IMG/VR virus record: IMGVR_UViG_3300031555_003522
Location: 32,001 to 96,000 of that record
Strand: one strand, 5' to 3'
From: a virus
Taxonomy: Duplodnaviria; Caudoviricetes
Length of the DNA stretch: 64,000 nt
The notes beneath the pieces were generated by a model. It had not been told where the DNA came from. It ran no database searches and worked only from the letters and a program-made list of their open reading frames with translations. Positions 1 through 9,978 of the stretch are shown one piece after another; the first letter of the stretch is position 1; every line of letters begins with the position of its first letter. The position numbers were made by a program, and so were the translations under genes.

Positions 1-997
1 TATTAGAAATGTTACTTAACATTCCAGCATTATCGTTATGAATTCTAATATTTCTACTCTTTGCTTTAACTGGGCCGAGAGAATCTGAATAATTTAAAGT
101 GGCATTACTCCTTGTTCCACTTGAATCTGTAGCATTTATCTTTGTATAACTTCTGGGAGCCACATGGTTATCATACAACTCAACATCAGATCCATCCACT
201 TCAACGACATACATTGATTCTTTTGGATCTACCCACATACCTCCCTCTTTAATACCTTCCTGAACGCTATTTTTCAATTTGATCATAACTGTAGTTACCA
301 ATTCACCCTGTTTCTGGACTGCCTTTCCAGAAGATGATATTAAATAGCTACAATCAAAATCAATGAAAAATCTATATCTAGTAGGATAAAATACAGAAAT
401 ATTATTGAGATAGGATAGAGCTTTAGAAACGCTATTCATTGGAGGAATAAATTGATTGGTGAGAGTTATATTATTTTTAGGCGGTTCTATAACTATAGGA
501 AGGTGGCTAGTAATATAGTATAGTACAGAACTGAGCTTGCCATTAACTACACAATTTATATCTCGTTTATTTTTATTTACATGATCTAGGTTTAAAAGAC
601 CAATAGTGAATGTATCATATTCATTATCCACTTCATCATTATCTAAACCCAAATCTTTATTTGTATCTTCAGAAACAATATATATGAATTTACCAGAAAT
701 ATAATCTGTGAAAAAACCATCTATATTATCATTAAATATTCTTTTCTTAAGATCTAAGATAGCAATAGCTGTATCTTGTTCTTGAACAATTTTATCAAGA
801 AGGCCATCTTCTGTATGAATGGTTGCAAATACCATAGGCATATTATTGCCTATATAATCACTATCTATGACAATACTCATTATATTATCAGATGCTAGAT
901 CATATATAGTACCATCTGTAAATATAAATTTTAAAGATGCCTGATATCCATAACTATTAGCAGTATTCAAAGAATTATATTGATCTAGTGGTGCCAT
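1..997 (-). CDS. Partial (runs off window start) late gene, probable virion/baseplate-associated protein
   Basis: Open frame on minus strand from ATG at 997 (MAPLDQYNSLNTANSYGY...) with GAGGTGA SD; late-type promoter AACA-N6-TA at 1053-1042; missing from the ORF track because it is truncated. Function inferred from promoter class only. Confidence 0.6.
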   Translation of the reverse strand, partial: MAPLDQYNSLNTANSYGYQASLKFIFTDGTIYDLASDNIMSIVIDSDYIGNNMPMVFATIHTEDGLLDKIVQEQDTAIAILDLKKRIFNDNIDGFFTDYISGKFIYIVSEDTNKDLGLDNDEVDNEYDTFTIGLLNLDHVNKNKRDINCVVNGKLSSVLYYITSHLPIVIEPPKNNITLTNQFIPPMNSVSKALSYLNNISVFYPTRYRFFIDFDCSYLISSSGKAVQKQGELVTTVMIKLKNSVQEGIKEGGMWVDPKESMYVVEVDGSDVELYDNHVAPRSYTKINATDSSGTRSNATLNYSDSLGPVKAKSRNIRIHNDNAGMLSNISN

Positions 998-1067
998 TTT
1001 AATCACCTCGAAAAAAAAAATAAAGGTAGTGATCCATCCACTACCTTTATGTTAAAGCATCTATGAT

Positions 1068-2165
1068 TTACACTCTGTTTAGGTCTAAAGGGTACTTACG
1101 GAAATATTGATCGTTTAAGTTTCTTATTTCTTGAGGATTATATAGATTTACGAGATTTGTTGCAATATTCATACACTCTAATTGAGTGGATCTCATGGAT
1201 TCCTGATACGGGAGATCTAATGCAGCAAATCTAGATTTAATAATCTCTCCATTTAGTGAAGGAGAAAGAGAAACTAAACGCTCCAAAGTATTAGGCATAT
1301 ACAGAATGGAATTAGCGTTATAGCCATTAGCCAATATATTTTCATTTACTGCTCTTTCCAGCAACACAAGAGCTTGATTAGCATTTAGTATGGAATTAAA
1401 ACTTCTAGTTCTTACTCCACAAATGGCCTGATATAAGCTTATCATTTTTACATCCAACTGCGTTGGGATATCTTTTGAAAGCTTTAATTCTCCATTTCTA
1501 TATGCGGCAAATAATGTGCTTTTTGTAACTACCCAAGAATTATCTTGAGACATACTTTTTGTCGGTCTATATAGAAATGTATATGGCTTGAATGCTACTA
1601 ATTGGTAGCTCAATTGATCTTTGCTATACACTATACTAGGTATAGTTATATTCGATTTATTTTCTTTGGCATTAAGATCCATTATATAGGATGCCATAAC
1701 ATTAAACTCATTCTCGAAATTTACGATACAAAAGATATCATACAGATATTGACAAAGCAATTGTGTAATCTCTAGATTATCTTTTATGAGATTTTGTAAG
1801 AATGAGTTAGAGTCTTCCATTAATATATTTTTTTCGTTATATCTGGGGAACAAATTTAATGCTTCTCTTGGTCTAGCTCCTCCATATATAATATATACTT
1901 TACTAGAAACTCTATGCCTTGATTCGAAATATGCTCTTATGTGGATTGCAAGATTTATTAAACAAGATGCAATGGAAAACGAATCATCCACTTGAATTGA
2001 ATTTCCACGCTTAAATATTCCGCGTATGAATGAATAAGCGTCTATATAGACATTGACCATATTACTGTCAGTCCGACCATAGAATGCAAACTTAGTCATC
2101 TCATACATTCTGTCATATCTTATATAGCTTCCGTATAAGATATCTGCTATAAGAGTTTCGTTCAT
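1068..2165 (-). CDS. Hypothetical protein, possible degenerate 5'-nuclease (FEN/T4 RNase H-like) fold
   Basis: 365 aa; N-terminal VYIDAYSF and central IVYSKDQLSYQL resemble the xxDG and IxSxDxDxxQL motifs of 5'-nucleases, but several acidic residues are missing. Confidence 0.35.
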   Translation of the reverse strand: MNETLIADILYGSYIRYDRMYEMTKFAFYGRTDSNMVNVYIDAYSFIRGIFKRGNSIQVDDSFSIASCLINLAIHIRAYFESRHRVSSKVYIIYGGARPREALNLFPRYNEKNILMEDSNSFLQNLIKDNLEITQLLCQYLYDIFCIVNFENEFNVMASYIMDLNAKENKSNITIPSIVYSKDQLSYQLVAFKPYTFLYRPTKSMSQDNSWVVTKSTLFAAYRNGELKLSKDIPTQLDVKMISLYQAICGVRTRSFNSILNANQALVLLERAVNENILANGYNANSILYMPNTLERLVSLSPSLNGEIIKSRFAALDLPYQESMRSTQLECMNIATNLVNLYNPQEIRNLNDQYFRKYPLDLNRV

Positions 2166-2180
2166 AAGAACTACACCCCT

Positions 2181-2588
2181 TTACAGAATTGATTTAGGAT
2201 CATAGAAGAGTTCTTCTACTTTAGGTTGTACAGAACGTTCAATAATTAAACTCCCGAGTTCAGATTCCTTTTCTTCTAAGATATCTTTTACATTTTCCAA
2301 GAAGTCAGGCCTATTTTTAATACCATCGAGAGTTTTTCTTGTATCTCCATACCCATGTGAAAGAAGTGCCTGGATCAAATTATCCGGACCTTGCTCTGTC
2401 ATAAATGATACGCCTTTACCAGCAATTTCTTCTCCAGTACTGCTAGTATACCATCTACGAATATCTAATTTAAAATTAGATGTTGGAGACCATCTTAACT
2501 TTCTTAATGCGATAAAGCTACTGCCGGGAACTTCGTCAATAACTTCATCTATAGATGGATCTATTTCGAGTTGTAATTCTTTAGCCAT
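2181..2588 (-). CDS. PC4/YdbC-family ssDNA-binding protein
   Basis: LRWSPTSNFKLDIRRWY...GKGVSF matches the YdbC/PC4 pattern W...K.DIR.W...GKG[IV][ST]; AGGAGG SD. Confidence 0.75.
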   Translation of the reverse strand: MAKELQLEIDPSIDEVIDEVPGSSFIALRKLRWSPTSNFKLDIRRWYTSSTGEEIAGKGVSFMTEQGPDNLIQALLSHGYGDTRKTLDGIKNRPDFLENVKDILEEKESELGSLIIERSVQPKVEELFYDPKSIL

Positions 2589-2608
2589 TGTTTGAAGTCC
2601 TCCTTGTT

Positions 2609-2654
2609 AAAAAAGAAAGGCGTGGAGATACGGGACTCCACGCCTTCTTTCTTT
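2609..2654 (-). terminator. Intrinsic terminator hairpin
   Basis: aaggcgtggag / ctccacgcctt stem with flanking A/T tracts. Confidence 0.7.
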
Positions 2655-2717
2655 ATCTCAAGTAAATCAATGCTGCTTATAAATAAACAACTATTGATTT
2701 ACTTATAGATTTTTCAG

Positions 2718-3479
2718 TTATCGATTATAGGTGTGAATAGAAGTATTGGGGGTATACACACCCAGAGTACGCTGCAGCTTACGCACAGTATCCGCATTCA
2801 GCTGAGCAACCTGCATAATGAATTCAGTGCTACGATAGGGAAGTGCAGTGCTGGCAGTAGCCATGTACTCAAACTGGCCTTCTTCAGTCTTCTTGCCGTA
2901 CATCTTGGTGATCAGAGCATTCAGGCTCAGACCGGAAATGACAACGACAACCTCATTCTGGCCATAGGGAGCATTGATCTGGGTAAAGATCTCAGCAGTG
3001 TGATCTGCCCAACGGGTACGTGCACCCATAGGCATGAACTCTTCGAGAATCTCATAGGTCTCGGGAGTAACAGTGAATGCACGATTGCTCTGTGCACCAA
3101 CGACACTGACGAAACGAGAGCTCAGAGAAGGCTTCTTATCGCCATTTTCTGCAACAGGTGCTTCGCCATTGCGCTTCAGGTTCTTGACATCAGAATTACC
3201 CTTGCTATCCTTCAGATACAGGTCGGCATACAGGGAGCCGAATTCCATAGTACCAGAGATATTGGGATAACCATTGTCCACGCGGCCGTCATTGATACGA
3301 ATACGGCAGCCATAATAGTCGGGCATAACAGCGGAGAACATCTCACCGATCAGCTCGGCCATATCGATTGTGGTGATCAGCTGGGTCTTCAGGTCGCCGG
3401 TAAATTCGAGATTCTGGGGCAACTTAATACGCAGCTTATCCTTTGTTTCAATCTGGGGATTCAATTTCTGTTCGCTCAT
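2718..3479 (-). CDS. Hypothetical protein, probably highly expressed
   Basis: 253 aa; AAGGAG SD; codon usage visibly more GC-rich/biased (CTG, ATC, ACC) than neighbours; preceded by both late (3525-3514) and early (3569-3562) promoter motifs. Confidence 0.75.
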   Translation of the reverse strand: MSEQKLNPQIETKDKLRIKLPQNLEFTGDLKTQLITTIDMAELIGEMFSAVMPDYYGCRIRINDGRVDNGYPNISGTMEFGSLYADLYLKDSKGNSDVKNLKRNGEAPVAENGDKKPSLSSRFVSVVGAQSNRAFTVTPETYEILEEFMPMGARTRWADHTAEIFTQINAPYGQNEVVVVISGLSLNALITKMYGKKTEEGQFEYMATASTALPYRSTEFIMQVAQLNADTVRKLQRTLGVYTPNTSIHTYNR

Positions 3480-3627
3480 AATTGGTAGCTCCTTTTCTAA
3501 AATAAAATTTGATTACAAAATTGTTAAAGACACTGTAAATTAGTATCTTGAACTCATGAGTATAATATATGCCTAATAAATAGTTTAACAGATTGTTTTT
3601 AATACTATTATTGAAGAATATATTAGA

Positions 3628-4557
3628 TCATGATTCTGGGTGTAACCGAACTTGCGGTATATATTCGTTATCAGACATATCATATCCAACAATATACACA
3701 TTCTTATGATTCTCGGCAGCAGAAGTTACTAAGATATAATCTCGTTTAATTGTCTTCAAATCAATCTCTCTAGTATATTTCACCACATATGTGGCCATGA
3801 TATTTCTCTTTATGATATCTTCTAAGAATACAACATTATTGAAAGTAAGGTGATCTAAATCACCATAACCATCTTTACCTTCAATGTGGTACGGTAATTC
3901 TACTATACCAAAACACTTTCTAAAATCATACATGAAATTATTAATTTCAAGTAATTCCTTATAAGTTTCGCATAATCCAGAGTCGGGGTATGTCACGTAA
4001 TTCGCTCTAATCTGGCCTGCAGTGTTTCTCAAAACTGTATCGTATTTTTTGACATTCAAATACCTAAGAATGTCGTCAAGTACATCATCTAGATATACCA
4101 TAATAGTTGCGGTCTCTTTAATACCTTCGCATACAAAAATATCTTTAAAATCAATATTGCTAGGACAAGAATCTTTATTGATTGATAGTCCTAGAATAGT
4201 TTTGTTCATTCTGGATGTCATATTTGTAAAGATATCATAAATACATTGACGACAAACCGCAAATGGAAGATCTGCAGTTCTATCATCATAAGATACGACT
4301 GATGTAATTACATCAGATCCGATGCCAACCTTTGCGATAGTTACATTTAACAATCCATCAGGCTTGAGCATCTTATATCTAGATTTCAATTCATCTAAAG
4401 TCATAGATTTCTTATTATTATCTTTATCGAAATAATCGATTTTCTTTGCAACTTCATCAAAAGATCGAACCCGAATAATTTCGGGTTCATCTTGATTAGC
4501 TTCATATCTAAAATACTTAGTACCTCGAATAATCTGTTGAGTTGACATAATTATCAA
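3628..4557 (-). CDS. Hypothetical protein
   Basis: 309-aa ORF coupled to the dCTP deaminase gene. Confidence 0.7.
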   Translation of the reverse strand: MIIMSTQQIIRGTKYFRYEANQDEPEIIRVRSFDEVAKKIDYFDKDNNKKSMTLDELKSRYKMLKPDGLLNVTIAKVGIGSDVITSVVSYDDRTADLPFAVCRQCIYDIFTNMTSRMNKTILGLSINKDSCPSNIDFKDIFVCEGIKETATIMVYLDDVLDDILRYLNVKKYDTVLRNTAGQIRANYVTYPDSGLCETYKELLEINNFMYDFRKCFGIVELPYHIEGKDGYGDLDHLTFNNVVFLEDIIKRNIMATYVVKYTREIDLKTIKRDYILVTSAAENHKNVYIVGYDMSDNEYIPQVRLHPES

Positions 4558-5567
4558 TACTCCTTTTTAGGCTGATAGAATCTACTTGCTGTAGCATCTT
4601 CCTGTTTATAATATCTACCTCTATAAAGTTTTGCCTTTTTACCTGCAGGGGTAAAGAAACAGACTTGAGCAATTTCTTCATTAGGATAAATACGTACGGG
4701 TTCGACCACAGTAATTTCAAGAGTCCATGTTCCATCAAAACCGATATCTCCAAAACCAGCACAAATATGTATAGAAATACCTAATCTACCGCCAGAAGAA
4801 CGACCGTTAATCATGGGGATAAATCTATCAGTAGCAGTTCTTTCTACAGTTCTACCAATATAGAGAACTCCAGGCTGTAGGACATATCCTTCTTCAGGAA
4901 TCTCAAACTCGATAGTTTCATTTTTCTTATGCATATCGAGAGGAGGTAAGTAATTACTATCAATAATAGGGAGAGATTTAATTTCTTCATCTCTCTCACG
5001 AGACTTACGGTCATTATACTCGACAGTACCTCCAAGCTGATTGAATGCTCCGCTCCATTTGGTTTCAAGAGTGTCTATCTTCTCATCAAATTCGCCCTCA
5101 AGCTCCTTAAATCTATCAGTAATAACATTGGCTGTAATAAAACTAATGCCATGGGAACTAGTCTTTATTTCTGTATCAGCAGAACTATTAGAATCACTAT
5201 ATTTAGTTTCAGATTCTTGAACAGATTCAGTGTTTACGTTTTCGCCTTCATCATTGTTTCGTGCAGGCTCATCAATATAAGAAATATTAGATGCATCAGC
5301 AACTTCAATACCAATTTCACCTTCTTGATGCTGCACCATATCACAAATATTAATAGATGTATTCTCAAATGTCCTAGCGATATGGGGAGTAATATTTGCT
5401 CTCTCAGCATCTCTCTTATAAATAAGAAGCTGAGGGTGAAGCTTTAAATTATAACTATTGGGGTTTACACACTTAGGATCGTAGGGAGTAATCTGGATGT
5501 GGCCCTTCTTTACCCTACGTTCAATTTCTGTTCCGGTAAGCATACCATCTCTAGAAAATAATGACAT
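4554..5567 (-). CDS. dcd: dCTP deaminase with ~155-aa internal insertion
   Basis: N-terminal LTGTEI...IQITPYDPKCVNPNSYNLKL; C-terminal GYVLQPG...GRSSGGRLGISIHICAGFGDIGFDGTWTLEI...IAQVCF...YRGRYYKQ motifs of the dCTP deaminase family. Confidence 0.9.
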   Translation of the reverse strand: MSLFSRDGMLTGTEIERRVKKGHIQITPYDPKCVNPNSYNLKLHPQLLIYKRDAERANITPHIARTFENTSINICDMVQHQEGEIGIEVADASNISYIDEPARNNDEGENVNTESVQESETKYSDSNSSADTEIKTSSHGISFITANVITDRFKELEGEFDEKIDTLETKWSGAFNQLGGTVEYNDRKSRERDEEIKSLPIIDSNYLPPLDMHKKNETIEFEIPEEGYVLQPGVLYIGRTVERTATDRFIPMINGRSSGGRLGISIHICAGFGDIGFDGTWTLEITVVEPVRIYPNEEIAQVCFFTPAGKKAKLYRGRYYKQEDATASRFYQPKKEY

Positions 5568-5670
5568 GATTTTTCCTCCAATTTATTTAAATTTCTTAAT
5601 AGTAAGTTTAAGAGCATATAGTTTTACAATAAAATGGAAGAGGGGTGGAATATATTCCACCCCTATATGA

Positions 5671-8226
5671 TTAAATCCTTCTAATAAAACCCTTTAAAAG
5701 TTTAGCAACTGTTTCTACTGTAGTCGCTCTCAGTTTAATAGTTGCACTACTGAAAGGGCTATTTTCAAAATACTCGCTAAAATTAAATTCGGGTTCTAGT
5801 TCTAAAAGCTTCTTCATATAATGCTTAAAGTCATTCATAATCTTAGACTTAGCTTTATATTCATTAGAAGCTATCTGATCTTCTACAGGCATGCTAATAA
5901 ACTTCTTAGAATGGACTCTATTTTCAATAATACAGAGAATCATCCAAAGTTTTGCTAGTTCATATTTCATACCTACAGTATTTTCATTTTTATAATATTC
6001 TTTAAGTAGATTATGAGACTTTCTGTATTCCTCATCATAATCGATAGACTTGATATTCTTCAAAAGCATATTTCCATCTTTATCGAATTGCACAGGAAAC
6101 TCTTTGGTCTCACAATATACTACAGCTTCTGTAGATATAAATACCATATTTTTAAGCACTTTATATTCTACAGAATTTTTATTTAATACAGATTCGAGAT
6201 AAGGCCTAAGCATATTAAGCTTGTCTATATCTCCAGCAGAACTAACCACTTCATGTATATATTCTCTAGGTGTATATCTTCTAATAGATTCTTTAATAGG
6301 CTTAGCTGTATCTACTAAAGAATTAATAGTCTTTTTAACCTGTTCTGAATCATACTTGGTAGCAAGTCCTTCGTAGATTGTAAATATGCTTCTATTGGCT
6401 TTCATAGCATCTTTAATATCATGAGGAGATACCAAAGAAGAATCTTTATGCGTAAGATCTATATTACACAGCTTAAGACATCTATCTACAAACTGAGAAC
6501 ATACCATATTCAAATCATTATTATATGGGATATTGAATAAGTAAGTAAATAGATTCTTATAAGAATATCTCGTCTGCGTAGCCTTAGATTCCAGATCTGC
6601 TACCATATTTACAATAGCATTATAATCATTAGGCTTTAGGAAGAAAGTATATACTCTAATCCTGCATCCTAAAGGAACCTTGTCTATATTCTCTTCAATA
6701 AAGCCTCCCTTTATTCCATTAGGAGACTGGTCTATGCCATAGCTATACATTTTCTTTAATGTATAATCGAAGGATATAGATATATGAGAATATATATCTT
6801 TAGTGACTGCCTTGATAGCCTTGGAAATGAGTCTCTTTCCTTCAGTGAGAATCACATATACAGGTTTAAGATTCTTAGAAGAAGCAGATTCAATAAGAGG
6901 AGCATTTCTCGTAGAAATCATACCTCTTAAATCTATAAATCTAGTATTAGAAGAATTTTCTTTTATATAATATTCCATTCTAGCTTTAGCCATAAGGCGC
7001 TCTTTATTTTCAAAAGGAATATCAGGATTCCAACAAAGCTCAAGTATAGATTGCTTTCTTGCAGCAATAGCATTATCATTTTCAGAGGATTCTAGCACTT
7101 TTAATCCAAATGTAAGCTCTCTAACTTTCTGAATCCATGCTGGCATATAAGTAGAGAATTCTGTATAAAATCCATCAATATGAGCTTTATACATTTCAAA
7201 CCACTCTGCAACAGAAATTTCATCTGTTAGCATTTTATTATCTGCAAGAACTCCATAGAAATTATTACTAGGAATATCAGCAAATACTCCAGAATCTATA
7301 GCTTCATCAGGAGTTATAGCCGGCATATCACCATGAACAATATCTGCACTAGGTATATTGGATACTATTCCATCATAAGTATCTAACACATCCGATATTA
7401 CATTGTCTGTAATCATATTCTCATATATACCTTTATCAACAAGGCATATAGATAGTAGCTTATTAGCAATAGATATACCAGGAGAATTCTTGCAAGATTC
7501 CTTAAGATAATCTCTAGTAAGCTCTATAGAATCTCCAACAATATTGCCACTCTCGATCACACTATACATATCAACATCATTAGATCTGATATCCTGACGT
7601 AAAAATTGGGATTTCAAATACTCATAATGTTTTAAATTTGTGACGCCAAATACTTCTAGACTCATCCAGTCAGATTCTCTACGATGCTTTTTAATCATAC
7701 CATTATAAGCATCCCAAAGAGATTCTAACTCTTCAAGATTTCTAGTAGGGGTTATGATTATACGAGAACTCTCTTCTCCCCACTTAATAGCTTTCTCAAC
7801 ATCTGAGCTTGTATAATTAAGTGTATTTGAGTCATAGTAAGAACCGGTATAGTCTAAATCGATAGCGCCCTCACTAAGAGAAAAGCCCCCATCTGTGACT
7901 AGGTATTCACCATCTTCTATCTCATTATCTATATCTCTTTTAAGTAGATTAGACTTAATCATCTCATAATGATCTTGATTTGTAATTCCGAAGAGCTCTA
8001 TACTCTTCCAGTCAGATTCTCTACGATGCTTCTTAATCATACTATTAAATTTAATCCACTGATCTTCTAGATCTTGAAGATCTTCCGTAGGAATAATAAT
8101 AGTACGCATAGCATCATTAGACCAATTAATAGCATCACTAATACTAGATGCATTTATTTTATTCAAGTTCTTAGATCCACTTATATAGCTGGATACCATG
8201 AATTCTTTGTCTAGCATATTAGGCAT
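5671..8226 (-). CDS. Large late protein with two N-terminal tandem repeats and a permuted papain-like (YaeF/YiiX-type) amidase domain
   Basis: ISKAIKAVTKDIYSHISISFD...MVCSQFVDRCL (His before Cys, permuted NlpC/P60 order); repeat MIKKHRRESDW occurs twice; start placed at ATG 8226 (ORF track starts at 8274). Confidence 0.65.
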   Translation of the reverse strand: MPNMLDKEFMVSSYISGSKNLNKINASSISDAINWSNDAMRTIIIPTEDLQDLEDQWIKFNSMIKKHRRESDWKSIELFGITNQDHYEMIKSNLLKRDIDNEIEDGEYLVTDGGFSLSEGAIDLDYTGSYYDSNTLNYTSSDVEKAIKWGEESSRIIITPTRNLEELESLWDAYNGMIKKHRRESDWMSLEVFGVTNLKHYEYLKSQFLRQDIRSNDVDMYSVIESGNIVGDSIELTRDYLKESCKNSPGISIANKLLSICLVDKGIYENMITDNVISDVLDTYDGIVSNIPSADIVHGDMPAITPDEAIDSGVFADIPSNNFYGVLADNKMLTDEISVAEWFEMYKAHIDGFYTEFSTYMPAWIQKVRELTFGLKVLESSENDNAIAARKQSILELCWNPDIPFENKERLMAKARMEYYIKENSSNTRFIDLRGMISTRNAPLIESASSKNLKPVYVILTEGKRLISKAIKAVTKDIYSHISISFDYTLKKMYSYGIDQSPNGIKGGFIEENIDKVPLGCRIRVYTFFLKPNDYNAIVNMVADLESKATQTRYSYKNLFTYLFNIPYNNDLNMVCSQFVDRCLKLCNIDLTHKDSSLVSPHDIKDAMKANRSIFTIYEGLATKYDSEQVKKTINSLVDTAKPIKESIRRYTPREYIHEVVSSAGDIDKLNMLRPYLESVLNKNSVEYKVLKNMVFISTEAVVYCETKEFPVQFDKDGNMLLKNIKSIDYDEEYRKSHNLLKEYYKNENTVGMKYELAKLWMILCIIENRVHSKKFISMPVEDQIASNEYKAKSKIMNDFKHYMKKLLELEPEFNFSEYFENSPFSSATIKLRATTVETVAKLLKGFIRRI

Positions 8227-9667
8227 TACTATCACCATCCTGTATAGGTGTTTTGAATCGAGAATTAAATACATTATTCATAAGAGAAACTACATCGGAT
8301 CTCTCTAAATCTTCTAGTGTTGGAAAATATTCACTAGCCATAGAAAAATCATTAGGAGTAGAAGCATAAAATCCATTAGGAGTATGATGGATAGAAACAA
8401 CACCGATACGTTTAACCACGTTATATTCGGATATATCTCTTCCTGTTACAATCTCCTTAGATTGCATAACTACACCATTTTCAATTAATTTATTTATTTG
8501 CTTTTCTTTTTTATCATCATAAAGCTTAAAGTATTCATTCATTAAGATTTGCTCGAAGCAACGAAGAGGACGACCAATAATCATTTCAACAAAATGTAAA
8601 CGATTAACGCAGCGGCCAGTACCTATTTCATTCTTAATAGCCTTTATTTTTTCCATAGTATCAGCTTCATTATAGATAAGTGCTATATCAGGAACTGTAT
8701 ATTTTTTCTCAAAGTCTTCTCGACTCATGGTAACTGATTTATAGTCTTCATCTACAATAGCAATATCATCGCTTTCAGAATCTCCATAAGCGAATCCATC
8801 AAAAACATTATTCATACCATATGGAATAATATAAGCTTCTGGAGGGCGATGGGGAGGAAGCCCACCAACCTCTTCATTTATTCTGATTCTCATATTACGA
8901 GAATCATCATCTTCTGTTAAAGCTCCCTCTTTCATATCGGCGAGAATTTCTAATAACTGAGAGAAGTCATTATTCGTCAAACGGATATAATTAAACGTAC
9001 CAAGAGATGTAACCATAGTTTCTTTTGCAACCTGTTTCTCTCTGTAAGACTGCATAGATCTATTATTAGGATTAGATCCACCGTCTTTAACTTCAATAAG
9101 CAAATTTGCAGGAATATAGTAGATATCAGTAATCCACTTATGAGTTTTTCCACCATATTCATACTCAAGAACAGGACCAGGAGATTGAATGTCTTTACCA
9201 GGAATATCTAGCACTTTATCCATAAACTCTAAAGCATTTTTCTCATAAGTACCAGTGTATGTATGCTTTATTCCATCTTTGAATGTATATGTACCAGAAA
9301 TTTTTCTATTGGCTAGCATCTTCTCTTGCTGTTCAGGGTCATCTAATAGATGAGGTTTATTATATACCTTCATATGCCTTTCTAAGGCAATTTCTCTAAC
9401 TTTAGCTTTGCATGCAGGATTCTTACAAAGATTATAATACCTATTAATCTTTGTATTCCATTCATATACAGGAGATTTACAAATCATACAAGTACCATGA
9501 TCTGTATGATTTATAAAATCATATACAGCTCTAGCTGCAGTGTATCCTTGCGGGATAAGATCTTCATGTTTTTTATCTACATGATTTATTACATCAGATC
9601 TAATTCCCTTATAATCACAATAAGGACATTTATACTTCTTGGAAGTCTTATAATTTGGTGTGCTCAT
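8219..9667 (-). CDS. C2H2 zinc-finger + PD-(D/E)xK (TnsA-like) nuclease-domain protein
   Basis: YKCPYCD...HVDKKH, CMIC...CKNPAC, and WITDIYYIPANLLIEVKDG; late promoter at 9707-9696. Confidence 0.65.
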   Translation of the reverse strand: MSTPNYKTSKKYKCPYCDYKGIRSDVINHVDKKHEDLIPQGYTAARAVYDFINHTDHGTCMICKSPVYEWNTKINRYYNLCKNPACKAKVREIALERHMKVYNKPHLLDDPEQQEKMLANRKISGTYTFKDGIKHTYTGTYEKNALEFMDKVLDIPGKDIQSPGPVLEYEYGGKTHKWITDIYYIPANLLIEVKDGGSNPNNRSMQSYREKQVAKETMVTSLGTFNYIRLTNNDFSQLLEILADMKEGALTEDDDSRNMRIRINEEVGGLPPHRPPEAYIIPYGMNNVFDGFAYGDSESDDIAIVDEDYKSVTMSREDFEKKYTVPDIALIYNEADTMEKIKAIKNEIGTGRCVNRLHFVEMIIGRPLRCFEQILMNEYFKLYDDKKEKQINKLIENGVVMQSKEIVTGRDISEYNVVKRIGVVSIHHTPNGFYASTPNDFSMASEYFPTLEDLERSDVVSLMNNVFNSRFKTPIQDGDSNA

Positions 9668-9718
9668 ACCTTAATAGATCCTCCCTAAATATTATTACAA
9701 CTATGTTGAGGGTGTTTG

Positions 9719-9888
9719 AAACAAAGACAAGACAGCTGTATTTCTACAGCTGTCTTGTATCTACAACAAAGAAAAAGGAGGTGTACATGAAAATGAACGA
9801 AAAGAAATATATTTTTTAGGAGGTATCAAAATGAAAAACAACAATCCCGCGAACCGGACTACCCATTACGGCAATTTGAGTAACCCTT
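9719..9888 (-). ncRNA. Candidate late small RNA with two anti-RBS (ACCUCCU plus CAU) modules
   Basis: Minus-strand AACA-TATATG-TA promoter (9899-9888); 14-bp hairpin 9727-9758 followed by a U-rich tract only on the minus strand, inside a divergent intergenic region. Confidence 0.55.
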
Positions 9889-9978
9889 ACATATATGTTA
9901 CTGAAAAGCCAGGTTTTTGGGAGTATTTTTTAACTACTACAACAGATTAATAAAATTCTACTACAGGAGGATGGTATA

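Noticed and set aside
2733-3488. 251-aa plus-strand ORF (also 45647..46228, 50752..51156 and similar)
   Set aside because: Antisense shadows of codon-biased real genes; no SD or promoter
4944-5414. Intein in dCTP deaminase
   Set aside because: No C/S start block, no HN-C/S/T end, no LAGLIDADG motif
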